In this document: piece by piece, positions 9,101-17,125 of the stretch
Layout of the letters: every line of letters begins with the position of its first letter
Numbering within the stretch: position 1 is the stretch's first letter
DNA from: Actinomycetota bacterium
GTDB lineage: Bacteria; Actinomycetota; UBA4738; HRBIN12
Direction: 5' to 3'
NCBI GenBank assembly: GCA_036395715.1
Contig: DASWDB010000141.1
Location: 1 to 60,387 of the forward strand
DNA: 60,387 bases
The notes under the pieces: generated by a model
Database searches by the model: none
What the model saw: only the letters and a program-made list of their open reading frames with translations
What the model was told of the DNA's origin: nothing
Position numbers and translations under genes: made by a program

Positions 9101-9706
9101 CTACCAGGCCGTGTGAGCGGCGCCGAGCGCGGCCTGCCCGGTGCACGCACGGGACCGGTCGTACCGAACGACTCCATGGGTGTCGAACGAGACCCAGTAG
9201 CACGCGCCGGAGGGACCCATCACCGCGGCGGCCCAGACACCGCCACTCACCGCGACACTGACGATCGATGGCGCCGTCGAGGGTCCGTCCACGAACAGGA
9301 GCGACGGGTCTGCGTCCGAGAGCGCGGTCGCGCCCGCCGTGGCCAGGTCGCCGCCGCCGAGCGCGCTTCGCGCGAGCGCGAGGGCGCGCTCGGCCGCGTC
9401 CCGCGCCTGGCCGTCGAGGAGGTTTGCGACGCCACCGGGGACGGGCCCGGCGACGACCGGATCGTCGGCGACCGCCGGGACGGGCGTCACCGCGAGCCGG
9501 TCGGCGGTCGCTGATGCCTCGGCTCGGGTCCTCGCTTCGAGTGCCGCGTGCCGAGCATCCGCCGCGCGCTCCTGCGCGACGACGAACGTCGCGAACCCCG
9601 AGATCAGCACGATCAGGACCAGCCCGACCGTCGCGAGCTTCACGGCGAACGGATCCGCACGGCGCCGGGGCATGACCGGCGCGATGAACGTGAAGGTGTC
9701 GCTCAC
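9101..9706 (-). CDS. Small membrane-anchored protein, paralog 2 of the Cys-pair family
   Basis: TM helix (VKLATVGLVLIVLISGFATFVV). C-terminal VWAAAVMGPSGACYWVSF...RACTG aligns with paralogs 1 and 3. I chose the GTG at 9706 because it forms a GTGA overlap with the upstream paralog's stop. The ATG at 9673 is an alternative start. Confidence 0.65.
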   Translation of the reverse strand: MSDTFTFIAPVMPRRRADPFAVKLATVGLVLIVLISGFATFVVAQERAADARHAALEARTRAEASATADRLAVTPVPAVADDPVVAGPVPGGVANLLDGQARDAAERALALARSALGGGDLATAGATALSDADPSLLFVDGPSTAPSIVSVAVSGGVWAAAVMGPSGACYWVSFDTHGVVRYDRSRACTGQAALGAAHTAW

Positions 9707-10272
9707 GCGCTTCCGGGGTTCCCGGAGGACATCGACATCGCCGACATGCCGACGCACGTGGCGACCCCATGGCCCTCTCCGGTCGTCGTACCGGCCGCGG
9801 TGAGACGCGTGTAGAAGCACGTCCCCGAGCCCGAGAGCACCGCAAGGCCGACGCCGCCGGCCGAGGAGCTGACGCCGACGACGTCCGGTCCCGTCGAAGC
9901 GCCTGCGGAGTAGGTGAAGGCCGGCTCGAAGCGCTTCAGCGCCGCCGGCGTGATCGAGTCGAACGAGCCCTGCTCGGCGTAGAGCTCACGGATCGCCTGG
10001 ACGGCCTGTTGTTCGGTCGACCGGGCTTCGACGTCCTTGGCAGCGCCGATCTGCGAGATCGCGGTCTGCTGGTCCGACGCGATCTGCTCCCCGCTGCCCT
10101 TCACGAAGGTCATGAAGCCGCCGACGAGGAGCACGACGATCACGCCGACCGCCACGACCACCACGATGCGGCCACGACCCGAGCCAGCATCGGCCTTCGG
10201 GGCCTTCGTCCCTCGAGCGGCCGGAAGGGCACGCTTCCGCGACGGCTTGCCGAAGGCGAAGGAATCGTCCAT
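9703..10272 (-). CDS. Small membrane-anchored protein, paralog 3 of the Cys-pair family
   Basis: Internal ATG at 10272 of the 575-aa track ORF: MDDSFAFGKPSRKR..., TM helix IVVVVAVGVIVVLLVGGFMTF, C-terminal GSGTCFYTRL...VATCVG. The upstream part of the track ORF is antisense to xdhC and is not protein-like. Confidence 0.65.
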   Translation of the reverse strand: MDDSFAFGKPSRKRALPAARGTKAPKADAGSGRGRIVVVVAVGVIVVLLVGGFMTFVKGSGEQIASDQQTAISQIGAAKDVEARSTEQQAVQAIRELYAEQGSFDSITPAALKRFEPAFTYSAGASTGPDVVGVSSSAGGVGLAVLSGSGTCFYTRLTAAGTTTGEGHGVATCVGMSAMSMSSGNPGSA

Positions 10273-10326
10273 GCCTGCTGGTATCGGCACCCTTCCGACC
10301 GGCTGAACCCCGGTACCATCGCCCCC

Positions 10327-11463
10327 ATGAGCGAGCTCGCGGACGTCCTCGCGGCGGTCGAGTCCCTTTCCGCCAGGGGCGACCGGATGGCGCTCGCGAC
10401 GATCGTCGCCGTCCGGGGCTCCACCTACCGACGTCCGGGTGCGCGTCTCCTCGTCCCGGAGGAAGGCGCCCCGATCGGCAACCTCAGCGGCGGCTGCCTC
10501 GAAGGGGACGTCGCCGACATGGCCCGCGTCGTGATGGAGGAGGGAAAGGCCCGGCTGGCGGGATGGGACCTCACGGCCGACGACGATGCCGTCTGGGGGC
10601 TCGGGCTCGGCTGCAACGGCGCGATCGAGGTCTTCATCGAGCCCGCCGATCGTGCCGCCGAGGCCGCCCGGGCGCTCCGCGCGGCCCTGGAGGAGGAGCA
10701 GCCGGTCAGCCTCATCACGATCATCGAGTCGGCGGACCCAGACACGATCGCCCCCGGCGCCCGGCTCATCGTGATGCCGGACGGCACCATCGAAGGGTCC
10801 CTCGGGCGGCCCGACGTGGACGGCGAGGCGACCGCCGCCGCACGCGACCTGCTCACCGCCGAGCGCTCGGAGATCCGAACCCTCGCCGACGGGGTCCGCG
10901 CGTTCGTGGAGATCCTGGAACCACCGCTGCGGCTCGTGATCTGCGGAGCGGGACACGACGCGATCCCCCTCGTCCGTGCGGCCTCGCTCCTCGGCTGGAA
11001 CGCCACCGTGGTTGACGACCGCCCGGCCTTCCTCGACCTCGAACGGTTCCCCGAGGCCCACGCGTTCGCCCTGGTGGACGACCCGTCGGAGGTCGCGAAG
11101 GCGATCCCGATCGACGCTCGGACCTTCGTCGTCGTGATGACCCACAACTTCCTCCGCGACAAGGAGTACCTGCGCAGCATCCTGACGACGGACGCACGTT
11201 ACGTGGCGATGCTCGGCCCGGCGGCGCGGACCCAGCGCGTGCTCATGGAGCTCGAGGAGGAGGGCACCGCCATCGCGGAGGACCTTCGGGCGCGGATCCA
11301 CGGCCCGGCCGGCCTCGACCTCGGCGCGGAGGGACCCGAAGAGATCGCCCAGGCGATCGTCGGCGAGATCGTCGCCGTCCGGCGCGGGCGCGACGGAGGG
11401 TTCCTCAGGGAACGCCCGACCCCGATCCACGACCGCCCCCGGCCCCGGGCGGAAGCTCGCTAG
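10327..11463 (+). CDS. xdhC: XdhC/CoxI-family molybdoenzyme maturation (accessory) protein
   Basis: MSELADVLAAVESL...ALATIVAVRGSTYRRPGARLLV is the XdhC_CoxI N-domain. LVICGAGHDAIPLVRAASLLGWNATVVDDRPAF is the Rossmann C-domain. Confidence 0.88.
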   Translation: MSELADVLAAVESLSARGDRMALATIVAVRGSTYRRPGARLLVPEEGAPIGNLSGGCLEGDVADMARVVMEEGKARLAGWDLTADDDAVWGLGLGCNGAIEVFIEPADRAAEAARALRAALEEEQPVSLITIIESADPDTIAPGARLIVMPDGTIEGSLGRPDVDGEATAAARDLLTAERSEIRTLADGVRAFVEILEPPLRLVICGAGHDAIPLVRAASLLGWNATVVDDRPAFLDLERFPEAHAFALVDDPSEVAKAIPIDARTFVVVMTHNFLRDKEYLRSILTTDARYVAMLGPAARTQRVLMELEEEGTAIAEDLRARIHGPAGLDLGAEGPEEIAQAIVGEIVAVRRGRDGGFLRERPTPIHDRPRPRAEAR

Positions 11464-11474
11464 GCTGCGCGACG

Positions 11475-12089
11475 ATGCTGATCGAGAACGAGTTCACGGT
11501 CGCGAGGCCGCTCGATCAGGTGTGGGAATACCTCCTCGACGTCCACAAGGTGGCCCCCTGCATGCCGGGGGCGGAGCTCACCGAGACGATCGACGATCGG
11601 AACTGGAAGGGCAAGGTCGGCATGAAGTTCGGTCCGGTCTCGATGTCGTTCACCGGTTCCGTGACCATGGAGGAACGCGACGACGTGGCGCATCGCGTCG
11701 TCTTGCACGCGAAGGGCACCGAGCAGAAGGGCAAGGGAGCCGCGGACGCCAAGGTCACGTCGTGGCTCGAGGCCGTGGACGGTGGCAGCACGGCCGTGAA
11801 GATGCAAGCCGACATGACGCTCACCGGCGCGGCGGCGCAGCTTTCGCGCGGCCTGCTCCCGGAGGTCTCGAAACGACTGACCCAACAGTTCGCCGACTGC
11901 CTCGAACAGAGCCTCGGCGAGGGCGCCGGGGGGCCGGCCGGCGCGTCGGCCCCGAGATCGGCGCCGGCCGCTCCGACGCCGGCGGCCAAGCCCGTCGGCG
12001 GCATCCGTCTCGGCCTCGCCGCCATCTGGGGCGTGATCGCCACTTTCTTCCGGAGGCTCTTCGGCGGTTCGAGATCCCGGGGCGCGTGA
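11475..12089 (+). CDS. coxG: CoxG-like SRPBCC protein with a hydrophobic C-terminal tail
   Basis: MLIENEFTVARPLDQVWEYLLDVHKVAPCMPGAEL is typical of CoxG. The C-terminus GIRLGLAAIWGVIATFFRRLF looks like a membrane anchor. Confidence 0.85.
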   Translation: MLIENEFTVARPLDQVWEYLLDVHKVAPCMPGAELTETIDDRNWKGKVGMKFGPVSMSFTGSVTMEERDDVAHRVVLHAKGTEQKGKGAADAKVTSWLEAVDGGSTAVKMQADMTLTGAAAQLSRGLLPEVSKRLTQQFADCLEQSLGEGAGGPAGASAPRSAPAAPTPAAKPVGGIRLGLAAIWGVIATFFRRLFGGSRSRGA

Positions 12090-12646
12090 TCTCCGGGGTC
12101 GTGCTGGCGGCGGGCACCGGCTCGCGGTTCGGCGGGACGAAGCAGCTGGCGGAGCTCGACGGGGCGCCGCTCGTGTTGCACGCGGTCGAGGCCCTCCGCG
12201 ACGCCGGCGTCGGAGAGATCGTCGTCGTCACCGGTCACGACGCCGACGCCGTCGAGGCCGTCCTTCCGCCGGAGGTCCGCGCCGTCCGCAACGCCTCGTA
12301 CCGTGACGGTCAGTCGACCTCCCTCGCCGCGGCGCTCCACGCGCTCGATGAGCGGAGCGAGGCGGCGGTGGTCCTGATGGCGGACCAGCCTGAGATCCGG
12401 GGAACCGACATCCAGGCATTGGTCGAGACGTTCCGCGCGACCCATCCGCGCATCACGCGTCTGCGGTTCACGGACGGACCCGGGCCCTCGCTGCTCTCCA
12501 GGGAGATCTACGCCGACGCCGGTCATCTGCGCGGCGATGCGGGCGCGCGCGTGCTGATGGCCTCGCACCCCGAATGGGTCGAGGAAGTGGCGATCGACCG
12601 TCCTGCCCCGCGCGACGTGGATGCGCCGGACGACCTCCCGATCTAG
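12086..12646 (+). CDS. MobA/MocA-like molybdenum cofactor nucleotidyltransferase
   Basis: GTG start forms a GTGA overlap with the coxG stop. VVLAAGTGSRFGGTKQLAEL is an NTP-transferase P-loop-like motif. Sits in a cox/xdh accessory context. Confidence 0.8.
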   Translation: MISGVVLAAGTGSRFGGTKQLAELDGAPLVLHAVEALRDAGVGEIVVVTGHDADAVEAVLPPEVRAVRNASYRDGQSTSLAAALHALDERSEAAVVLMADQPEIRGTDIQALVETFRATHPRITRLRFTDGPGPSLLSREIYADAGHLRGDAGARVLMASHPEWVEEVAIDRPAPRDVDAPDDLPI

Positions 12647-14013
12647 ACCCCAACCTCCGCCGTCTCCACCCGAGATGCGGCCGCGATCCGATAGACCGCG
12701 AGCTCGTACAGGGCAAGGACGACCGCGAGGCCGACGAACCATCCCAACGAGATCGAGGCGAAGAGCAGGATGATCGCGGCCACGATCGCTCCGCCGAGCA
12801 TCAGTGCATCGCGGCGCGTGCCGACCCAGGCAGCCGCGGGCCCGATCTCGGCACCGCGCACGGCGCCGAGGCCGGCCCTGCCGACATCCCCCACCCAGGC
12901 CCGAGCCCGGATGGCCCACGGATACGGAGCCGTGACCACGGCCACGATCAGCACGACGAAGAGCACCCAGAGGATGCGTTTCGTGGCGAGCAGCAGCGAG
13001 CTCAGAAACGCGCCGATGATCGCCTGCACCGCGGCCTGGTTCTCCGGCTTCGCGAGGCTGACCACGTTGTTCGCCTCGGCGATGGCGAACCGTCGCTCGA
13101 GGACGACCACCACGATGAGGGCGGTGACGAGCTGCAGCAGTGTCCTGCGGCGGTTCGTCGAAAGGACCAACGCCAGGGCCGCGCCGAGGATGAACAGCAC
13201 GATCGCCAAGATCAGCGTCTTGTTGAAGATGGACACCGCGTCCTGCACCGAGGTCAGCTCGTTGCTCTGGAACAGCGTGACCGATCCGAACGTGTCGGGA
13301 AGGGAGACGCCGAGGGCCGTCTCGAGCGATGTCACCGCCTGGCTCGGGACCGTGTCGGGCGTGATCGTCGGCAGCGTGATCTGCCGGTTGAGAAGGGCGC
13401 TCAACGTCCCGGAGAGCTGCGCGAGCGCGTTGTTGAGGAGCGGCAGGTAGTTGAACACGACCTGGTTGCCCTGAACCTGGAGCACCTGGCTGTTCCCGTC
13501 CAGCACGGCCACCACCTGTTGCCGGAGGGCCGTGTTCGCCTGGATCCAGAACTGCTGGAACTGATCGCTCGCGATGACCTTCTGCACCTGGTCCTGGACG
13601 AACCCCTGCAATGAGGTCGTGATGGACCCGGCGATGAATTCGAGCTTCGGCGCCCGTTCGGTGATCGCCGCCTGCACCTTCGTCTGCACGTCGACCGCGG
13701 TGAAGACCGCCTGCGTCAGCTGACGCGCCAAGGCTTCCTGGACCGCCGCGTCGCTCGCGAGCGGCCCGACGACGGCGAGGTAGCGATCCGTGTTGTAGAC
13801 CGTTCGGCGGGCCCACACGCCGGGCGTCGCGGTCGAGAAGGCAAGCACCGCGATCACGATGAACACGACCGCGAAGACCCTGCGGAGTCGAGCCCGCTTC
13901 TGCGGCCTGGCCTCGAGCCGGTCCACCTCGTCCTGCAGCCGATCGCGCTCCGCGCGAACCGCCTCGACATCGTCCGGTCCTGGGTGCTCGCTCATGCTGT
14001 CCCCTTCCACCAT
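12643..14013 (-). CDS. Polytopic membrane protein of unknown function with an N-terminal coiled-coil segment
   Basis: Long ORF with protein-like composition (Q/N/T/L-rich ectodomain QVVFNYLPLLNNALAQLSGTL), one N-terminal TM helix and about 4-5 C-terminal TM helices. I recognised no family motif. Confidence 0.7.
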   Translation of the reverse strand: MVEGDSMSEHPGPDDVEAVRAERDRLQDEVDRLEARPQKRARLRRVFAVVFIVIAVLAFSTATPGVWARRTVYNTDRYLAVVGPLASDAAVQEALARQLTQAVFTAVDVQTKVQAAITERAPKLEFIAGSITTSLQGFVQDQVQKVIASDQFQQFWIQANTALRQQVVAVLDGNSQVLQVQGNQVVFNYLPLLNNALAQLSGTLSALLNRQITLPTITPDTVPSQAVTSLETALGVSLPDTFGSVTLFQSNELTSVQDAVSIFNKTLILAIVLFILGAALALVLSTNRRRTLLQLVTALIVVVVLERRFAIAEANNVVSLAKPENQAAVQAIIGAFLSSLLLATKRILWVLFVVLIVAVVTAPYPWAIRARAWVGDVGRAGLGAVRGAEIGPAAAWVGTRRDALMLGGAIVAAIILLFASISLGWFVGLAVVLALYELAVYRIAAASRVETAEVGV

Positions 14014-14115
14014 GCGGCCTGCGCTGCCGTGGCGAACGATCGCCTTCCGCCCCTGAAGGCGTGCTCGGCAACGAACCTCGTCCTATAGTCAGGGCAACGG
14101 AGACGGGAGGGCTGG

Positions 14116-14304
14116 ATGTTCAAAGCGCTGCTGATCGGTTTCGTCGTGTTCCTCATCTCGACGTTCCCTTCGACATGGCTGTTGATGCTGTTCCTCGGCA
14201 ACGTCGGCGTCGGCGTGGGCTACTGGGGGACGTTGCCGCTCGGGATCTTGGTGTCGGTGCTCCTCGCCGGTGCGTCATCCCGCTCCTACATCGTCGCGCG
14301 CTGA
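14116..14304 (+). CDS. Small two-TM membrane protein (62 aa)
   Basis: GGGAGGG Shine-Dalgarno 5 nt before the ATG. Hydrophobic sequence MFKALLIGFVVFLISTF...LPLGILVSVLLAG. Local GC is lower than in the surroundings. Confidence 0.55.
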   Translation: MFKALLIGFVVFLISTFPSTWLLMLFLGNVGVGVGYWGTLPLGILVSVLLAGASSRSYIVAR

Positions 14305-14319
14305 TCGAGCGCGCGACGA
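14291..14319. terminator. Perfect 11-bp stem / 7-nt loop hairpin between convergent genes (bidirectional terminator candidate, no U-tract)
   Basis: tcgtcgcgcgc-tgatcga-gcgcgcgacga. The TGA stop of the 62-aa ORF lies in the loop. Confidence 0.45.
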
Positions 14320-14325
14320 GCGGCG

Positions 14326-15663
14326 TCAGGCCGCCTCACCGTGGCACCGCTTCCACTTCTGCCCGCTGCCGCACGGGCACGGGTCGTTGCGGCCGCGATG
14401 CGTGTCCTCGGCGAGGACCTCCGCGGTGATCTCGTCGGCGTAGCGCCCCGCGCCGAGAAGTTCCTTCATGCGTCGCATGGGCGCATCGACGTGCCCGAAG
14501 AAGATCTTGTACCCGGCACAGAGGTAGTTGAGCCCCGGTTCGCCGTCCGGGGTCTCGATGAACCGGTCCTTCGGGCAGCCGCCGTTGCACGCGAACAGGA
14601 ACGGGCACTCCCGGCAGTACGCCGGCAGCGTGTCGCGCTTGTCCGTACCGAACCTGCGCTGCTGCGGCGACGCGACCAGTTCGAGCATCCGCTTGTCGTG
14701 GATGTTGCCGAGCAGGTAGTCCGGCTCCACGAAGTGATCGCACGAATAGAGGTCCCCGTTGTGCTCCATCGCGAGAGCGTCCCCGCACGTCGGCGCATGG
14801 ATGCACAACGAGTACTGCCCGACGTGCGCGCCCAGCGTCACGTCGAACATCTGGACGTAGACACGGCCGACGTCGTGGCGGATCCAGTCCTCGAAGACGC
14901 CGACGAGGAAGCGGCCGTACTGCTTGCCGGTGATCGACCGGTCCGTCACCAGCGAGCCCTGCTGCGTGTAGAGGATCCGCTCCCCGCCGGGTCGCTCGTG
15001 CCACCCTTCGTTCGCCATCGGGAGCGACTCGGGCGTCGCGCGCTCGACGATCGGGATGAACTGGATGTGTTCGGCGCCGAGCTCGTCACGGAAGAACCGG
15101 TAGACGGGCAGCGGCTGGTCGGCGTTCGCCTCATGCAGCGTGCAGAGGACGTTCACATCGACGTCGTGGCGCCTGAGCGCGTTCCACCCTTTCATCACCT
15201 GATCGAACGTCCCGGAACCACCCTTGTTGACTCGGTAGGTGTCGTGGATCTCCTTCGGGCCGTCGATCGAGACGCCCATCAGGAAGTCGTGTTCCTTGAG
15301 GAAGGCCGCCCACTCGTCGTCGATCAGCACGGCGTTCGTCTGCATCGTATGGTGGATCCGCTGCCCGGGCTTCCGGTGCTTCTCGGCAAGCTCCACCGCG
15401 CGGCCGAAGAACTCCAGCCCCATCATCGTGGGCTCGCCGCCCTGCCACGCGATCGTGACCTCGGGGGTTCGGTGCGCGTCGATCAACTGCTCGATGTACG
15501 CCTCGAGCGTCTCGTCCGTCATCCGGAACCGACTGCCCGGGTAGAGCGCCTCCTTCGACAGGAAGAAGCAATACGTGCAGTCGAGGTTGCACACGGCGCC
15601 CGTCGGCTTGGCGAGGAGATGGAAAGAGGGAGGGGCGGTCGGAGAGGTCACCATCGGTTGCAC
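14326..15663 (-). CDS. Anaerobic sulfatase-maturating enzyme (AslB/anSME-type radical SAM/SPASM protein) with a C-terminal SEC-C motif
   Basis: HLLAKPTGAVCNLDCTYCFF (CxxxCxxC), WQGGEPTMMGLEFF and QTNAVLIDDEWAAFLKEH closely follow E. coli AslB as I recall it. SPASM cysteines are present (CIHAPTCGDAL, CRECPFLFACNGGCP). The tail CPCGSGQKWKRCHG is a SEC-C zinc motif. Confidence 0.88.
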   Translation of the reverse strand: MQPMVTSPTAPPSFHLLAKPTGAVCNLDCTYCFFLSKEALYPGSRFRMTDETLEAYIEQLIDAHRTPEVTIAWQGGEPTMMGLEFFGRAVELAEKHRKPGQRIHHTMQTNAVLIDDEWAAFLKEHDFLMGVSIDGPKEIHDTYRVNKGGSGTFDQVMKGWNALRRHDVDVNVLCTLHEANADQPLPVYRFFRDELGAEHIQFIPIVERATPESLPMANEGWHERPGGERILYTQQGSLVTDRSITGKQYGRFLVGVFEDWIRHDVGRVYVQMFDVTLGAHVGQYSLCIHAPTCGDALAMEHNGDLYSCDHFVEPDYLLGNIHDKRMLELVASPQQRRFGTDKRDTLPAYCRECPFLFACNGGCPKDRFIETPDGEPGLNYLCAGYKIFFGHVDAPMRRMKELLGAGRYADEITAEVLAEDTHRGRNDPCPCGSGQKWKRCHGEAA

Positions 15664-15717
15664 GCTCGCGTCCGGGCGGGCGCCGCGTCACGCCGCGCCC
15701 GCCCAAACACGCGATCG

Positions 15718-16011
15718 TCAGATCCCGAGGATCTGCTTCTTCTTGGCGGTGAACTCCTCCTCGGTGAGGATGCCCTGCTCCTTCAACTTCGCAAGCTGTT
15801 CGAGCTGAGCGGCCGTATCGTCCATCCCACCGGCAGGGCTCGGAGCAGCCTGTTCCATCGGTGCCGCCTGTTGCTGTGCCTGAGCATCCTGCGAAGCGTA
15901 CTTCTGCTGCTGCCGCCTCGCGGTCCGGCCCGACACGGCGGTGGCCGTCCCCGCGACCACGGCGGTACGAGCCGCCATCCCAACGAGTCCTGGTCCTCGA
16001 CGAAACGCCAT
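15718..16011 (-). CDS. SHOCT domain protein
   Basis: C-terminal LEQLAKLKEQGILTEEEFTAKKKQILGI is the SHOCT signature. AAGGGGGA Shine-Dalgarno upstream. Confidence 0.75.
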   Translation of the reverse strand: MAFRRGPGLVGMAARTAVVAGTATAVSGRTARRQQQKYASQDAQAQQQAAPMEQAAPSPAGGMDDTAAQLEQLAKLKEQGILTEEEFTAKKKQILGI

Positions 16012-16029
16012 CGTTCGTCCCCCTTTCGC

Positions 16030-16458
16030 CTACGCGTTCGACTCGGCCCACTCGACCGCGGCCTGAACCACTTCGCGGGGCAGCCGCTCCAGGTCGAGCA
16101 GCTCCCCGCCGGCGTTGAGGACCGCATCCCTGAGCTTGGTGGCCCAGACGTCCTCCCAGACGAGCAACGCGGCCGACGAGTTCGGTTCGAGCTCTTCGGC
16201 GGCGGCCTCCAGGTCCTCCTGGTTCAAGAGTCCTCCGTTCACACCGCCGAGCTTCGCGAACGCCGAACCGATCTCGGAGTCGAGATCCCCCGCCTCGAGC
16301 GCCGCCATGTTGCCGTCCCCGTCCTTGATCACGAACGCCAGGTCGATCACGCGGACGGTGCCCGCATCGACCAGCTCTTGCAAGGCGGGCACGATCTCAC
16401 CTTTGAACTGGTTGCCCGGGAATGCCACGATCATGTACTCGACTGGACCGATGCTCAT
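16030..16458 (-). CDS. DUF6325-like acidic cytoplasmic protein
   Basis: MSIGPVEYMIVAFPGNQFKGEIVPALQELVDAGTVRVIDLAFV resembles the family usually annotated DUF6325, which is often found beside SHOCT genes. Strong GAAGGAGGAGG Shine-Dalgarno. Confidence 0.7.
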   Translation of the reverse strand: MSIGPVEYMIVAFPGNQFKGEIVPALQELVDAGTVRVIDLAFVIKDGDGNMAALEAGDLDSEIGSAFAKLGGVNGGLLNQEDLEAAAEELEPNSSAALLVWEDVWATKLRDAVLNAGGELLDLERLPREVVQAAVEWAESNA

Positions 16459-16669
16459 CTGGCCTCCTCCTTCGATCCGAAGGCGTGCAGTTTCTCACCT
16501 CAGTGCACGCGCGACCGAGTCTCACGCCGGCCTCCGGCATCCGCATCCCCCGAACGGGACTAACTACCTCGGGGCCCTGGCCGCTTCATCCGATTCGCGG
16601 GATGCGCCCGATCCCTTGGTATGGCTGGATGGCAGCCTCGGGCGTACTGCGCCCTCGAAGGAGGCTCGG

Positions 16670-16873
16670 ATGGTTGCTGGATCGTTCGTCGCGTTCATGT
16701 ATTGGAGCTTGGCCGTCATCGTCTGGGTGGCGATCGCGTTCTGGCCGGCGCGTGTCGCAGGTCGCAAGGGACATAGCTTCTTCTTGTACTTCCTCTTCAG
16801 TCTGGTCTTCTTCCCGGCCGCGCTGATCGTTGCCTACGTGGTGCCGGATCGCACCTCGACGATGACCACCTAG
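16670..16873 (+). CDS. Small two-TM membrane protein (67 aa)
   Basis: Internal ATG of a longer track ORF, preceded by GAAGGAGG. MVAGSFVAFMYWSLAVIVWVAIAFWP...FFLYFLFSLVFFPAALIVAYVV. Confidence 0.6.
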   Translation: MVAGSFVAFMYWSLAVIVWVAIAFWPARVAGRKGHSFFLYFLFSLVFFPAALIVAYVVPDRTSTMTT

Positions 16874-17125
16874 GACTCTCGTTTCATCCAGCGGGCGCCC
16901 ACGCCGCTACAACCTGCCGCACGAGATCGGCTCGGCGTCCACTCTCGGGGTCGGCCCTGATCTCCGCCGACGTTCCCTCGCAAGAACAGTGTCGGATCTT
17001 TCCTACGTGATGGTGTTACTGTGCTCGATGCGGTAGCTCCAGCCCACGGTTGCCACAGTCGGAACCCCAAGCTCCCGGTCCGAGAACGGAACCGCGCCGC
17101 CGTGCGACGTTTACCGAACCAGGGG

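Noticed and set aside
12060-12080. ggttcgagatcc, reminiscent of a tRNA T-arm (GGTTCGAnTCC).
   Set aside because: It lies inside the coxG coding sequence, has an extra base relative to the T-loop consensus, and has no flanking acceptor or anticodon stems. I found no tRNA anywhere in the window by eye.
11516-14071. 851-aa minus-strand ORF.
   Set aside because: It runs antisense to coxG and the mocA-like gene, and out of frame through the 456-aa membrane protein gene. The composition is not protein-like.
14116-14304. The idea that the 62-aa ORF next to the radical SAM/SPASM enzyme is a RiPP precursor peptide.
   Set aside because: The peptide is almost entirely hydrophobic (two TM helices), is convergent rather than co-directional, and has no Cys/Ser/Thr-rich core. 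The radical SAM enzyme matches sulfatase maturases closely, and a CSPTR sulfatase is present in the window.
14341-16563. 740-aa plus-strand ORF spanning the anSME, SHOCT and DUF6325 region.
   Set aside because: It is antisense to three genes with clear family motifs and SD sequences. The translation is Arg/Leu/Pro/Val-rich with no recognisable domain, which is typical of a high-GC shadow ORF.
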